Shown one piece after another: positions 62,901 to 64,000 of a DNA stretch of 64,000 nt; positions within the stretch are counted from its first letter, which is position 1; each line of letters begins with the position of its first letter. The stretch lies in contig CM035351.1 of the NCBI GenBank assembly GCA_020137815.1, positions 248,001-312,000 of the forward strand. Direction: 5' to 3'. The translations under genes were made by a program, and so were the position numbers. The notes under the pieces were generated by a model, which was not told the DNA's origin, made no database searches, and worked only from the letters and a program-made list of their open reading frames with translations. This DNA comes from Hormiphora californensis. Its lineage: Eukaryota > Animalia > Ctenophora.

Positions 62901-63951
62901 GAAATTTAGAGAGGCACGATTCATGGTTCGTTTAATCCTGCTAATTAGCAATACCATTCCCGTATAGCATTGCCGATTCGAAACACGATTCGTACGCAAA
63001 AATTGACATAGAAAATTTTCCATAAAATTGACTTTGAAAATTTTTTCCCAAAATTGACTTTGAAATTTTTCCAAACTTTTCAGAGAATGATTCTCAATAC
63101 CTTGATCGGTGCTCTCCATGACTTTTTAGAGAAACATTTATACAGAAAAAGTTTGGTATGGTTCGGTTCGGTTCGGTTCGGTTCGGTTCGGTAAAAAAGT
63201 TTTTCAAATTCGGTTCGGTTCGGTTCGGTGGAAAAAAACCCGGTTCGGTCGTTTCCTGCTTGTTACTTTACACAATAACATATTTTCTTGGTTGCCTTGC
63301 TCGACCTCCGCTCCCTGGGTTTGAAAAAAGATAATTTACAGGTGATCAGTGTTAGTGATATTCCCGGTGGGGTTATCAACATTATGTATGGGTCGCAGGA
63401 GACTCTTGGAATGTCCATGTCTCAACACCCTGTCATCAGTGGGTTATGGTACCCTAACTCTTTTAAAGGTACACAATCGAGCAGCTGTGATTGATTGAAT
63501 GATTGAGTCTGGCTTCGGACCAGTTGGTAACAATTGGCACATCGGTCACATTGTTGCGCCGAATAATACGAGAACTACAACGTCGCGCGTATTTGATCTA
63601 TATAAAGTTTAATCGCGCGCATTGTCAGCAGTTATTATGCTGTGCTTTTGAACCACGCTGCGTATCATGATCATCCTAAAATGAATTTAAATTACGGTGA
63701 TAATCCGATACTGATACCGCCACGGATTAAACTTAACTTATTAATACAATTCCAATTCCAATCCTGCATGTCTGTGTCAATGCCTCACTCCCACCCTCGT
63801 TTCAGATTGTGCTACTGTCCAGAAGGAAGTTACAAGGACCCCTAACAAGCTATCATGGGTTGATGAGTGCAATGACATCCAAACTGTTGTAAAGAGATGT
63901 CTCTTTAACAAAAATGTTGTGATGCCTGCCGGGAACAGCTTCGCTAATTAA
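48604..63951 (+). CDS. ALDH16A1: Aldehyde dehydrogenase 16A1-like; exons 48604-48666, 51378-51664, 51820-52340, 57632-57834, 58253-58456, 58945-59111, 59227-59394, 59527-59659, 61681-61893, 63342-63468, 63806-63951
   Basis: EREIFSTMEY, PLGVV..PALAAGNTII, GVPPGVVNVV, LGPVLCVAPFRTAKEA; a second Rossmann-like repeat (WAGKSAFNRSQILYFFAENL, IPGGVINIM); C-terminal PAGNSFAN; GT-AG with consistent phases where checked. Confidence 0.85.
48766..51300. repeat. 33-bp minisatellite in intron 1, ~77 essentially identical units
   Basis: GTAGTAACCAAGGTAGTAATTCTTTGTTGTGTT. Confidence 0.98.
52240..53740. repeat. ~170-bp tandem repeat (9 copies) of the exon 3' end, donor and intron start
   Basis: GATGTCACC...ACTGGATATG|GTAAGTAG starts at about 52240, 52411, 52580, 52752, 52923, 53094, 53265, 53433 and 53601. 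Confidence 0.95.
54105..54391. mobile_element. Non-coding TATA-ended element with cloverleaf and internal inverted junction copy
   Basis: Inserted in a ~55-bp repeat whose empty unit reads CCCTTTATAACATTGG; near-identical inverted copy at 54568-54855. Confidence 0.85.
54568..54855. mobile_element. Second, inverted copy of the 54105-54391 element
   Basis: Reverse-complement match from end to end, bounded by TATA. Confidence 0.85.
54920..57606. repeat. ~40-43 bp minisatellite
   Basis: CCCCACCATTCCCACTACACATAGGA(A/GTT)GCTACATCTCGT variants. Confidence 0.96.
57824..58020. repeat. Donor-containing tandem repeat, ~5 copies
   Basis: AAAGTTGTG|GTGAGTGTGGATTGAGGTGTTTTA. Confidence 0.88.
59678..60119. 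mobile_element. MITE with ~120-bp TIRs and 3-bp TSD ATC
   Basis: ACTAGATCCAAAAACCAAACAAG and its reverse complement; ATC on both sides. Confidence 0.85.
61934..63258. mobile_element. hAT-like non-autonomous element with 8-bp TSD CTTGTTAC
   Basis: CAGGAAGCGACCGAA...TTCGGTCGTTTCCTG; (CGGTT)n subterminal repeats; TSD at 61926-61933 and 63259-63266. Confidence 0.88.
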
Positions 63952-64000
63952 GAACTGTGTTTTAGAAGGGACTTTTAGTAGAGGGTTTCAAAATGAAAAG

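Overview
Repeat-rich eukaryotic (invertebrate animal-like; species cannot be determined from the sequence) genomic DNA with GT-AG introns. It holds four spliced host genes: PRA1-family/PRAF (-), EFCAB5-like (-), ANKRD66-like (+) and ALDH16A1-like (+, catalytic Cys apparently replaced by Ser). There are three LINE remnants (APE fragment, L2/CR1 3' fragment, RTE-type RT), many nested TIR elements/MITEs with readable target-site duplications, and at least ten minisatellite arrays. Most notable: (1) a TIR-bounded, Academ-like composite carrying two convergent RT-less restriction-like endonuclease (CRE-type RLE) cassettes cut at nearly the same homologous codon, plus a stub of a third RLE also present at 21 kb; (2) small non-coding TATA-ended elements containing an inverted internal copy of their own circle junction next to a three-hairpin cloverleaf; (3) intronic minisatellites that repeatedly copy the adjacent exon end and splice site; (4) tight same-strand gene pairs with AG-CC-ATG starts, suggesting trans-splicing. 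All gene models and family calls were read by eye, not by database search.
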